The notes beneath the pieces are model-generated. The model searched no databases and had not been told where the DNA came from. It was given only the letters and a program-made list of their open reading frames with translations. Shown one piece after another: positions 11,169 to 22,607 of a stretch of DNA of 64,000 bases (position 1 is the first letter of the stretch; each line of letters opens with the position of its first letter). The position numbers were made by a program, and so were the translations under genes. The stretch is taken from the NCBI GenBank assembly GCA_010093705.1, contig MU006101.1, forward strand, positions 347,614 to 411,613. Reading direction: 5' to 3'. This stretch comes from Patellaria atrata CBS 101060 (Eukaryota).

Positions 11169-11176
11169 TTTTATAG
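11169..11176 (-). promoter_or_regulatory. CTATAAAA box of orphan F
   Basis: 166 nt upstream of ATG 11003. Confidence 0.5.
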
Positions 11177-12149
11177 GGGTTAACTTATTTTCTATTACGG
11201 ACAATGTAATGGGTAAACCCCACGGTGTAGTGCTAGAAAAACGAGGACTGAATTTTCCTCATTCCCTTCTTTATCGTATTTGGCATTCTTCACTTACTAT
11301 ACGCTTTTTATACACACAACGATGTACTGTCCAATATATCTCCTTGTGATTTCTTTTGCTCTGTACTACTCAGCTCGTGAGTCTCGGTATAGTAAGCGTA
11401 CAACAGGAGGACTGCAGTCAGAAAGAATATCAGTTGTTCCTTTCCAGATGAATGAAATACCCCATATAGAGGCAAGGGCATGGGGATACGACCTTTCAAA
11501 TGCAACGAAATAAGAATCTTACTATTACCGTAATATTCACAAATAATCAGAGCGTACCGTTGCGAAAAGACCAGGGTCAAATAGTAAGCATTTCCTGGAT
11601 CTATATGACTTCTTCACCCTTCCCTAATTAGTGCCCAAGACTTCTACTGCACGATCTGGTTCATTACCAATGACCACTAACCACAATACAGTTCGGCTTC
11701 CGCTCATAAGATGCCCTCATAACCTTTCCAGTCGCCTAAAAAGCTCCACTAGGTTTGTGAGAAGCTCCGAGCCGCAAGATGAACTCTGTTTCACGAAGTA
11801 TCAAAGGAACAATGTTTGAATAACAACGATAGCGAGTACCAGGAAGCGGAGGACACTGAAGGAGTTCCTCGCCCTTCTTTCTCGACTGAATGCGTGTAAT
11901 GAAGGAGAAGTCCAAAACGGGGCTAACGTTGGCAGCGCGGTTGAGGAAGCTTAGAGAACATTTACTATTCAGGTGGGTTTATTGTGATAAATTGAGTGTC
12001 TCGGTCAAATGGTTTGCGCGAATTTTTACTATGTTTAAGTAGAATTTTATGGCTATATTTGCGAGTCTGTGTTACCAGAGGTGCTTCTTGAGGGGGGTAG
12101 GAGGACCGATTGGCATTTTGTATCTTGGGGAAATACATCTACTATTCCC

Positions 12150-15100
12150 TCAAAAGTCCATCTTAAGAGCAATAGTCGGCGCTTCCCTCTCCTCCTCACT
12201 CTTCTTCCTCCCCAGTCCACCAGCCGCACTCTTCACCAGTTCCTCCAACACTTTCCTCTCGCCCTCTTCCATTGCTCCCACCGCAGCCCTGAACACAACT
12301 TGGTTTGCAGCCGCAATTTCCAGCAACCTCGCACCAGTTTCTCGTCTCGTACTCTCGTCATTCTTCGCCCTCACCACTAGGGTCGGCACGACAACTCCCA
12401 TCGCGGCCTGCACCTGTTTCAGCTCTCTCAGAGACGAGACCCACGCCACGAGCGCTTGGACGATGATGGTCCGAGCATCTTCCAGACCTTCTACCTCGGA
12501 AGGGCACGCGAGAAAGCCGAGTAGATGAGGCAGTAAGTGAGCTACAATAGCGTGTTCTGTAGCATTCCTCTTGGGAAGAAGCAGCAGAGAGCGTGCACAA
12601 CTAGCCGCAACCTTACTAGTCATCCTACTATCAAGAGAATCTGCGAGCTCGGCGATGAATCGAGCTATCAGAGGGTCCGCGGCATCAAAAGCTGAGGAGG
12701 CTGAGCTCAGGAGCACCGTCGAGGCGAGGAGAGTATTTTTCTCGCAGGGGAGCGCGGCGTCGGAATCGCGCTTCTGGGCGTGCTTGAGGATAGCATGAAA
12801 GCGAGCAAGTGTAGTGTGAAGCTGTTGGCTTGTTTCGGAGCGATTGGAGCCGTGCGAAAGCGAGGCAATGAAGCGCCGAAGAATGGGGAGGGAGAGGGGG
12901 ATAACGGTTTCTTGACATGAGGCCGTGGCCAGAATTGAGGCAAAGATGTTGAGGATGCAGGCGTGGAGATCTGTCTTGATAATTGAAGGGAAGATGGCTG
13001 CAGCGTCTACGAGCGAAGAGACGGCGAGGGTGAGAAGGTTGACTGATTCATCAGTTAGGAATTTGGGTGCTTGATTTCTGTTCTCGCTCAAGTTAGGTAC
13101 CAGGCCGCTTAGGACCAGCACCATGATTCTAGTAAGCTCGAAAAGCTGTTCGATATCTTCTGTGAGTTGCTCTTCACCGGGAGGTCCATGGGAGGTCGTC
13201 CTGGCCGATGGATGACCCAGACACAGGTTCCGAGCAATCTCAACAATGACTGCCTGTATTGGAGGACCTTCTGTTAATACAAGGCGGTCTAACATATCTG
13301 TCGTCTCGGTAAATACAACTTCCTGGTATATCGCATGGCCAGATACAGACGGACGGAGGATCTTCTTGAGCGCCTGGAGTATGGAAAGTGTTTGGTCTTT
13401 CGAAGCTTGAGAATCGCCGGTCCTGCTGACAAGTGCCTCAAAGGCAAGCCCGAAGAGCACAAAAAAGAAAGCCACCGGTTCGTCACGATAATTGATATCG
13501 CTGGACTTCACAGGCACTCCAGGAGTTGTTCCGTCAGTCTTCCCGTCAAGGGCGTCAAATACGAATTCACTATCCTCCTCGATAAGACTTGCGATAGCAT
13601 CAACAAGATTTAACCATGAATCTTGATAGAACTAGATCATGTCAGCGATATTTTCTATGAGAAACTGTGAGGTATACATACCTTTAGCAAAGTTTCCCGG
13701 TTCAAAGCAGCATAGATCATATCCAAACTACCTGAGAGCGAAGCCGCACCAGCTGCTGTCGAGATATCCGGTTCGAATCGAAGACGAGCGAATTCTCTGA
13801 GCGATGCAAGCCATAGAGGAGTTAACCTCGCAATATGGGGTTTAACAACCTCGACAAGATATTTCTGTTCCGCGCTCGCGATCTGAAGTTCAGCCCACGC
13901 GGAGAAGACAGCCATTTTCACCATGACTTGTGCATTGGAGCTCAGCCCTTGTAGATCACCAATTGCTGCTGTTTCAGATTCACCTATAACTGAGGTCATT
14001 AAATTGTTCCTTGAACAAATCAAATATCAGCACTTACTGGAAAAATTGTCTAGAGCGGAAACCAAGAGTTTTAATATCCTGCCCATGCGGTCTACATCCG
14101 TCACGATTCCGGTAGCAATAAAAGTCGCGCAGACGTTGACCGCTTCAGCTGCTAACTCCGGTGAAGAGTCAGCGGCAAATGCAGGAGTTAGTGCTGAACC
14201 GATCTGAGCTTGATACTGTTCAAGTAGAGGAGCTTCTGCAAAGTCTGGGTCAGGGGTCTTTCCGAAGATCTTTTCAAAGCATCAGCATAATATACATTAC
14301 AAATCGAGACGAAAACAGACCTTAAGAACCTGATCAATAATACGCAACCCTCTGATCCGTAGTGACGCCACGCCAGCAGTCGATGCAGAGAATGCAATCC
14401 GAACAACGTCAGCGATACGTTGCTGGAGAGCAAATTCAGCAGCCGAATCCTCATGAGAGGCAGCATCTCTTCCGCACGTAGCAATGAGTTCGCTAAGGCA
14501 ATCCATTGCAAAAGTCCTGACCTGCCACTTTAACAGTTCCTGGGTCGAGTTTGCCCCACCAGCATTATCCTCTTGTCCAGTCCCAGAAGCAGCAGCGAAA
14601 CCAGCTGCCTCCTCATCTTGCAGCTCGGGAAAACCAGAAGCTTTGCTCGTAGATTCTGATTGAACCTTCTCGGGGGTTTTCATGACTTTGGTTAAAACAA
14701 CGTGACATCGCTGGACCCATTCCGCTGTATTTGATAGTCCAGTCTGTTGTAGCCAATTTCGAACAATACTCCGAACAACGTCATGTTCGGGAACAGAATT
14801 GAGAGCCTGCCATAACTGTTCTTCTAAGCCGGGTTCCGCTGTACTAATGACATCTTCCGCATTCCTCCGCATCAAGTTATGTAGACCATCCAGAGCCATA
14901 TCCCGGATTTGTAAAGATGGCGATTGTAAGTCATGTTGTAACTTCCGTACATACTCGGAAAACTCCATATGTCCAGATGCATAAAGGTACATATGCTCTT
15001 GACATCTTGCAGTCTCTAATAGAACAAGTATATCACCTTCAGTTTGGAACTGACTAATTAAGATCATGATCATATCCCGTGCTTTTGCTTGGTCTTGTAG

Positions 15101-18100
15101 GTCTGGTCCTAAGACGTTGATGATGCTGTCGATGCACCTCACAATCACAGCTTCCGAAGGGAGGTCAAATTCGAGATCCGAAGACCCCAGAGAGTCCGTC
15201 TCGGTGTTGTGGCTATCATTGACATATAGCTGAGCGAGCATCCCTAGGGTGCTGGTTACATATCCGGAGAAAGACAAGCACGCGGAGTCTGCCACGCGTG
15301 AAAGGCTGTCTAGAGCCCAAAAGTGTACAGTCGGGTGTGGATCGCTGCATAGAGACATGATTATACTTAGGATATTCTTCAGATGGAAACCAGCAGCCAT
15401 ACCACCCAATTGGGAGTGGATGCATCCGAGAGCAAGAGCGCAGCCCGCTCGAGCGTTAGGGTCTCGATTTGCAATTATATGATCAACAATATGGTTGACT
15501 TCATTAGTAGTGAAAGCGTTGCCAGAACAGCTGCAAATCCTCCCTAGTGCTTCAGCAGCGATATTACGCACATATGGGTCTGGGTTAATCACAAAACCCT
15601 AAGCATATATTAGTTAAACCTCATGTTCGAACACGAGAGTTACATACGTGGAGCAATTCTTGCATTGCCTTCTCAACAGCAAGACCTCGTATCTCTCCAG
15701 AAGCAGATTTGGTTTCTTTTACAGTGACTTTTAGAGCTGATAGTAGTGCAAGAGATATGTTGACTATCATTGCAGCTTTTCTTGCAGGATCTCGTTGAAG
15801 ACTAGACGCTGATAGAAAGGATGACAATTGCTCCAAAATACTCTCTTGTACTTTTGGGGTCTGAACAGGTAAAGCAACCGCAAAAAGCTGTATTGCTGAA
15901 TTCACAACTTCAGTAGATGGTGGATCTGGTTGGTCAAATGAATCGAGAGCGGTGTCGATATACAGCGAGATGGAATCGTGCTCTTGCCCTCCGCATATTG
16001 GGGATAGAAGCTAATTTGAGGTCAGTTTCGCTTAAAAATATATACAGGTCCTTCTCATAACCTACAGTTTGGTCAACTTGGGCCTCCGGTCCGCCCCTTG
16101 TCACCCAGTGATGATCGGTTTTCGAGTCCTGCTCTCCAGGTAACGGTTTTATATCGAACCCTCGTATTAGACCTGTTACGCCAAAGCCAGAATTATCTCC
16201 AATCTCCCAGATGCTTTCAAAAGTCGCAGAGGAGGTGGCAATTGATGTGCTAAGGGAACTAGGGGCATAGTTATCAGGACTGGCAAATGAAGAGAGCGCG
16301 AGGGGCAATAAGTTAGTCTGCAACAAGGTCTCACTGCTGCCAGCAGGGTTTAGGTTAATAAGTTTAGTGTAGCATTGCAATACCCTTCGACGAACCATCA
16401 AGTCGAAGTCATGGAGCTGTAATGAAGGAGAAAGGCGCTGAGATATGTCATCTGTTGTCTTTCTACTTGGTAAGCCATTAAGAAACAGGCTCGTATTTTG
16501 TAACATAGCCGCAAGCCTCTTCGTTACGTCTGTAGTTAGAAGTCGACTGTTGAATTCAAGAAACGCGAGGATGGAACCTAACGCGCACTCACGCACATGA
16601 GCTAGAAAGCTGAGCTCGAGGACATTCCTTTGAACCATATGATCTTTGTTCAAGGGCTTAGGTAGAGCATTTTTCCAAAGAAGGAGGAGCTGTGATAAAT
16701 GAATCTTGACAAAACTTGGACCCAAGGACATTAATCCGCCAATAAGCACCCAGGCTACCTGTATCTGAGTACTGGAGATTCTCAAATCTGAAGAACTACT
16801 CGATTTCAGGAGACTGGTAGCTTGCGATAGCACACGTGAGTTCACATCAACGGAACCATACAGTGGTTGAGCAGATGTTGTACTCAGCACAGCAGAAAGT
16901 CCATTTGCCAGGCCTACGCATCGTCGTGGGGATTTTCGTGTACCAGACAACAGACCAAGCTCACGAGTGACGCTATTCATACATATTGTGAGTACTGGTA
17001 GTAACTGCTGGGGACAAGCAAGGACAAATGCTCGGAGACATGAAGATGCGTAGACCTGAACGGTATAACTTGGATGCTGAAGGACTTGAAGAAGACCCTC
17101 GCGGCAGGACTCGGAGAAAGTGCTAAGAGCAGAGCCTAAAGACTTGGCTAGAGACGTAAGAGCACTCAGAGCTCCTGTCAATGTTTGCTTGCTTGGTTCA
17201 GGCCTTTCTTTCAGAGCTTGAGGATAGTCTTTCAGTATGTCATTAACGAGAAATTTAGCAGCATCGAGCTGGCCTGATTCACCCAGTAACTGGCGTCCAA
17301 TAACATCCTCTAGAACAATACGCACGTACTTGCGTGTGGTTAATTGGCGGTAACGGTTTTGAGTGATACTCGGAAAGCTGAGAAGATTATTGAAGAGATG
17401 CCGCGTGATCTCTCCGTAATTTCTCTGAACGACCGATTCACCTAGCCCTCTCAAGCCTTTAATAAGACAGACAATTATCGCCGCTCTAGCCCGGTTGCTG
17501 GTCGCAGGTTTACAGTATTGTGTAGATAGCTCCCTTAGGAGCCCACTTATACCGAATGTTAACTGTGTAGCTGGTTTTGAGGGGGCTGGAGATCCAGGGC
17601 GCTCAGCTATTTCATCTTCACCCTCAGCAATTGTTGATCTCCTCGTAGGTTTCTTCGGCTTTCGAACTACCGGAAGAGGATCTTGTCGTGGACTATCTGA
17701 GTAGCTCTTCACTAAAATAGCAGCAAGAACTGATGCGGCAGCATGTCTGACTTTCGGAGAACCACTATCCATTGCTTTCCAAATAGCACTTTGTAACTTT
17801 TCGTAGTCATTAGAGTTATCAAAAAAAGGAGTTTCTTGTACAAACTGTTCCAGACACCAGCAGGCGTTCGCTTGGACGAGAAGTCCCTTTCCAGAGGATG
17901 CAGCCGCCCGACATTGCTTCCAGATATCTCTTGAAACGGGTTCATCCATTGACCCTCGAACACCTTTGACAATCCTTCCTAGAGTCCGGAAGACGGAACT
18001 CTTGAATCCAGTGAGAGTTTGCGAAATCTTCAATTGACGTAATATGAGTGCAGATACCAGACTTGACTGGCCTATTGCACTATCGCCAGCAGCTTCAAAT

Positions 18101-18501
18101 ATGCTTCCCAATGCATGGATAGCTGCATGTTTTGCTTTTACATCTTTATCCCCCTTTCCAGTATTCAAGATAGCAATCAACTCATTTATAGATTCAAATA
18201 GCAATTTCCTGTCCCCTTTGGTGAATATACCAGCGAAGGATCTTCCTATACTGTTTCGTATAGCTTTATTGGGGGCGGGAGAGGAAAGCGTTATGAGCTT
18301 GAACAATTCCTTCTTGATATAGACCTGATGCGAAGAAGCACCGTCTGCGTCCAGCGCAGCTACATGACGAGCGAGATTAGACGAGAATGTTAAGACGTAC
18401 AGCTCCTGCTGTTCTGAGGGGAGAGCGTGTAATTTAGGTATATCGAGTTCGGGGTTCGACGAAGTACCATTAGTGGGTGCAGTCTGCTCAAGAGTTGACA
18501 T
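12150..18501 (-). CDS. LAA1: Large HEAT-repeat AP-1 accessory protein (Laa1/Sip1/HEATR5 family), multi-exon
   Basis: ~2000 aa across ORFs 15934..18510, 15621..15905, 14297..15592, 13655..14023, 12150..13517; motifs RDPNARAGCALALGCIHSQLGGMAAGFHL, DPHPTVHFWAL and C-terminal PTIALKMDF. Confidence 0.88.
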
Positions 18502-18735
18502 CTTTAACAAGGAAATTCGTAACTCATAAAAGCATTAGGAGAAACAATCGAGGTTGTGTAGCCGCAATTTCTGTATCTTGAGCATGAAATACTTTGTTAT
18601 CCTCACGAGGAGGAATCGTCGAGGGGTTGAGATGCGGTGATTCTGTGAAGCTTCCGCATCCCTGGTCCAAGCTTGACCGCTCGGAGGTGTTTTCTACACC
18701 ACAGCATCTCACCATTTCACTCACCCCTGGCCTCA

Positions 18736-19673
18736 ATGTCCCTTTCAACTCGACAGTCTCTCCTTTTATGGAGGGTGTCGAATGAATACATATGTTTGAG
18801 ATGCCAGAGTCGGCGGCTCTCAACCTCAGACTTCCTAGGATCAGGTCACAGCAGATGGTCCACTATCAAACATGACAAGGGGAAGAATGATGCACGAAAG
18901 AACAAGGAACGCTCCGTTTTTTCCAATGAGATAGCTACAGCAGCAAAATGCAAGTGCGCTTTAAAGATACATAGTAACTTTATGCTAATCTTAAGTTTGC
19001 AGTATTCGGCGCCAATCCCGATCAAAATCCTCGTTTAGCTTTAATAATCACGAATGCGAAGAAAGCTGGTTTCCCTAAGGCTAGCATCGAAGCAGCAATA
19101 GCCAGGGGACAAGGCGTTTCCGCATCGGGTGCCGCATTGGAGGCTGTGACTGTCGAAGCAATACTCCCCCCATCCGTTGCGGTCATCATTGACTGCCAGA
19201 CCGATAATAAGCTACGCACTCTCGCCGATGTTAAGTTTGCGGTCAAGAAGTCGGGCGGGACTGTCACGCCCATTGAATACATGTTCGAGAAGAAGGGTAG
19301 AATAGTCTTCAAGCAGAAAGATGGTATTGGTGTAGACGAAATACTAGAGCCGGCATCAGAAGCCGGAGCCGTGGATGTCGCAGAGGGTGAACAGGGAAAT
19401 GTGGTCGTGTACACGGAAGTCAATGACACGAAATCCACAGCGCTAGGACTATCTAAAGACCTAGACTTAGAGGTCGAGAGTTCAGAGATAATATACGATG
19501 TAAACGAAGACACCAAGGTCGAACTCGAAGATGAAGAATCTATAAAGCCGCTCCACGAGTTCATCGACAAGTTAGAGGGTATACACGGCTTTTCAGGGCT
19601 GTATATAAATGCCGCTCAGGGATCCTTAGACGATGCAGCTTGGGCTGAACTAAAGAGTAGAGTCTCCGCATAG
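18736..19673 (+). CDS. TACO1: Mitochondrial YebC/TACO1-family translation factor
   Basis: SGHSRWSTIKHDK, NPRL..I..AKKAGFPKASIEAAI, DCQTDNKLRT, YMFEKKGRIVF; GC-AG intron 18950-19002. Confidence 0.9.
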
Positions 19674-19900
19674 CGTACATAATCTGTAAAGTAATGTACA
19701 TTAGATCCCGTAAAAGCCATACAGACTTGTACAACAATTCCCTACGCCCGCAATGCTGCTCTTTTGACCGCTTACAGTAGTCTTCAATCTTTATTGATAC
19801 CACCATCCATATGACCATACATCCATATTTACAATCATTCCTCATTGAATTCAGTGACGCTCGATTCGATTCCATGACACCCACTCTTCTCCCCTCCACC

Positions 19901-20235
19901 TTACTCACCATCAACCCTCCCTGTTATCTCCATCTGCCTCCTCTGTTCCTCCTCCTTCCTTAACCGTGCATCCCTCAGCGCCAATCTCCTCGCTTTCAGT
20001 CTCTTCAACTCTGCCTCTATATCCTCCCTTTCCGTTGGAATCTTGTTAACCTGATTCGGATTGGGCCAGAAATCGGGGACTGAAAAGCGCTGATCGAGGT
20101 TGGTACCGAAGTAGTACATGATGCCGATGGGGAAGAGGATGTACATCCCGAACTACAGGAGACTCGGTCAATGGGGAATCTGAAAGAGGGGGTCAGGTAA
20201 CTTACTTTGAACACTTCGAGGTTGGGACCGCCCAT
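19901..20235 (-). CDS. PET100: Cytochrome c oxidase assembly factor Pet100
   Basis: MGGPNLEVFK|FGMYILFPIGIMYYFGTNL..F.VPDFWP; intron 20205-20153. Confidence 0.92.
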
Positions 20236-21091
20236 TTTCGCAAAACTATTCCGATGCGTGGTAGGGAGTTGTGGGGAAGATATCAGTGTTATGAGGATGG
20301 TATTAACTTCGTCTATAATCAACTCGTACCAATTGGTTAAGATCCTGCTGATAGAGGTTCTTTGTGTGCTTAATCTTCAGACTTGCGGTGGTGCGTAAAT
20401 CGCGAGAATCACTAAATGCGCCACACCTGTAGCCACAGATACCTTAGTCATACCTTCCAGGATGCATCAGCCACCAGCCTAAAGTTCTTCCCATCTGTAC
20501 TTTAACCTGACGACTTCAGCAACAGATCCATACAAGGAAGTAATTATTTTGCCAAAATAAATCATTTTCTCCCTCTTCGGCAAATCTAAGAGTATGAAAT
20601 GAGGTCAGTAATTGCTGCCAATATTAGTTCAACGAAGCGGAGTCCACAGTAACAGCAGAATAGGAGGATACCTTAGAGATATAAAGTATGGATCTCTTAA
20701 TTAAGTGTCACATCGGGGCACCGTAGGGTCAGGGGTATGTAAAGAGCTATGTAAATAACAAAGGGAAAAGGGGAAAAGTAAATCATTAGACGTTAGAATG
20801 CAAGCGTAATATTCTTACGATTTCAGTGCTAGAAATTTGAATGGTATGGTTCAGTAGGTGTAGAGAAGAGCTTAGTATTGAGAAAGTTGGAAACAAAGAA
20901 AGCAGCTATGGAGGAGTGGTTGAAGTTGTTCAATAATAGGAGGAGTAATTTGCAAAAAGGGAGAGACAAAAAGCGTAAGAATGCAATCTTTTTTAGACAC
21001 AAATATCCCCCAGCAGTCACACCACCACGTGATATCCCCAGTCCCGCACTCACCACCTTACATACAATCGAGGGAGAAAATAACCCCAATT

Positions 21092-21280
21092 AACCGAATG
21101 GCAGAGCGGTCAGGCAGTCTGGCTACGATCCCCTGAAACGTCTTCAGTTCGAATCTCTCCGGGCGGGTTTATCGGTAAACCTCAGGTCAAAGGAGCAGCG
21201 GCAGTAAAAACCCGTCCGGGGGGTTCAAGAAGGCCTACGGGCCTAATTGTTTTGTCTTTTTAACTCTTTTTTTTCGGTTA
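21092..21280 (+). ncRNA. Putative RNA polymerase III non-coding RNA with tRNA-like internal promoter (family unassigned)
   Basis: A box TGGCAGAGCGG 21099-21109; B box GTTCGAATC 21147-21155; ~19-bp stem 21151-21170/21208-21226; AGGCC-TACG-GGCCT hairpin 21231-21244; T5 21257-21261 and T8 21267-21274; no cloverleaf. Confidence 0.7.
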
Positions 21281-21845
21281 CTTGCTTCTTTTTTGAGTTC
21301 CTATCAGAGAGTCTGAGATCTGAAGTTCGAGTCACGCCTTAATTTGTTTTATATGTTATTTACATTCTTTTGGAAGTTTCAAATAAGAAGAAATTTAGGA
21401 CTATTATGGACGGATCTATTTTCATGCTAATTGTTATATTATGACTGAGTACGGTGTGAATTGAGGAGGAAAATTTCAATTACTGTATGCGATCACTTAT
21501 GAGAATGCTCCCGACTGAAATAAGTATGGAACGACAGCACCTTATACTTTAGTTCTAACGCTTAGACATCCCTATTTACTTTCTGATTCACACACCATAG
21601 CTAACTGCAGTTGTGGCAACCGGTTGAGTCCAGACCTATGAGTAAACGGTTGATGTCCCGAGCGCGTCTATCACCACCCTCGTCACTGCTGGCATTTTCT
21701 TTGTGGTCTTTACGCTTGCTAGACAAGCTCTTAGATTCAAATGTAACCCGGCTACATGGTATATAACCCATATAGCTGTGAGGACGTTCGCCCTCAAGGC
21801 TCCCCGGTCCGCGAATAGAGTTCACCCACAGCATCCCCCTATTTC

Positions 21846-22607
21846 CTATACGACAGGACCGCCCCACTCGCTTTGTCCCGGCGCAATCATCCTTCTTTTA
21901 TTCGACGCATCCGGATGACAGAGGCCTGCATTACTTGTACCGGCACTGTTCGACTCCTGTCACTCAGTCAATATATCACTCTTCGCCATTGTCAGGGATG
22001 ACAATTTGATCAAGACCGCACGTGCGAAGAGCAAAATATCAGAGGCACTTACAGCATGAGTCACAGCCTGCTCGACCCTCTTCCGCTTCCTCCACTCCGT
22101 CCTCTGCATCTCCCTCTCCCCCAGCTGCACAGCCTCAATACACTGCGCCAAAAACTCCGCCTCACCCCTCGTCGTCAAAGCCACACTCCTCTTAAAAACG
22201 TCCATCCTCAACTCCTGCCTCAACCTCTTCAAAAACCCCTGCATCTCATAGCTGCGCTTCAGCTGTTCGATGCGCCTAGCCACATCCACGTTCTCGGCGT
22301 CCTGGGAGGTCAAGGGACGACGGCTGAACCAGACCCCTCGGAAGGAGACGTGGTTCTGGATCTCAGGCCTCAGTCTCCGGATGAAATACTGGATCTTGAG
22401 CATTTCATCGACTTCGGCGGTGAGGTATTCCTCGAGGTGGAAGAGGTAGGTGGAGAATTCTGCGACGGTCTGGTTTTCGCCTTGTCTGGCGCGGTCGTAG
22501 GCTATGAATGCGTTCAACTCTAGATGCACCGAAGCTTGCACGGAGGATTGGAAGTCTTCCATGTCTTTGATAGGTGTAGGTTCGCTTTCTCGGGAATATT
22601 TCTTCAT
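21846..22607 (-). CDS. Solitary Ty3/gypsy Gag capsid (C-terminal domain)-like protein; unspliced ORF ends at 21960, possible intron 22052-21957 extends it to 21846
   Basis: ARQGENQTVAEFSTYL..LEEYL (MHR-like) followed by F..RLRPEIQ..V..T...A..VARRIE and a second copy F..RLRQELR..V..TTRGEA..LAQCIE; no pol ORF or LTR seen. Confidence 0.65.

Noticed and set aside
11600..11960. Short + strand ORF fragments before the LAA1 3' end
   Set aside because: No motif, splice model or codon signal that I can support
2000..12000. RIP-degraded transposon field
   Set aside because: Only moderately AT-rich, keeps long ORFs, and shows no transposase or RT remnants or terminal repeats by eye
21092..21170. Canonical tRNA gene
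   Set aside because: A and B boxes are present, but the anticodon, T and acceptor stems do not pair into a cloverleaf
21170..21210. SRP RNA (TCAGGTCAAAGGAGCAGC resembles the helix-8 motif)
   Set aside because: No GNRA-capped helix 8 of the right length, no Alu-domain 5' motif, and far shorter than fungal SRP RNA; a cmscan would settle it
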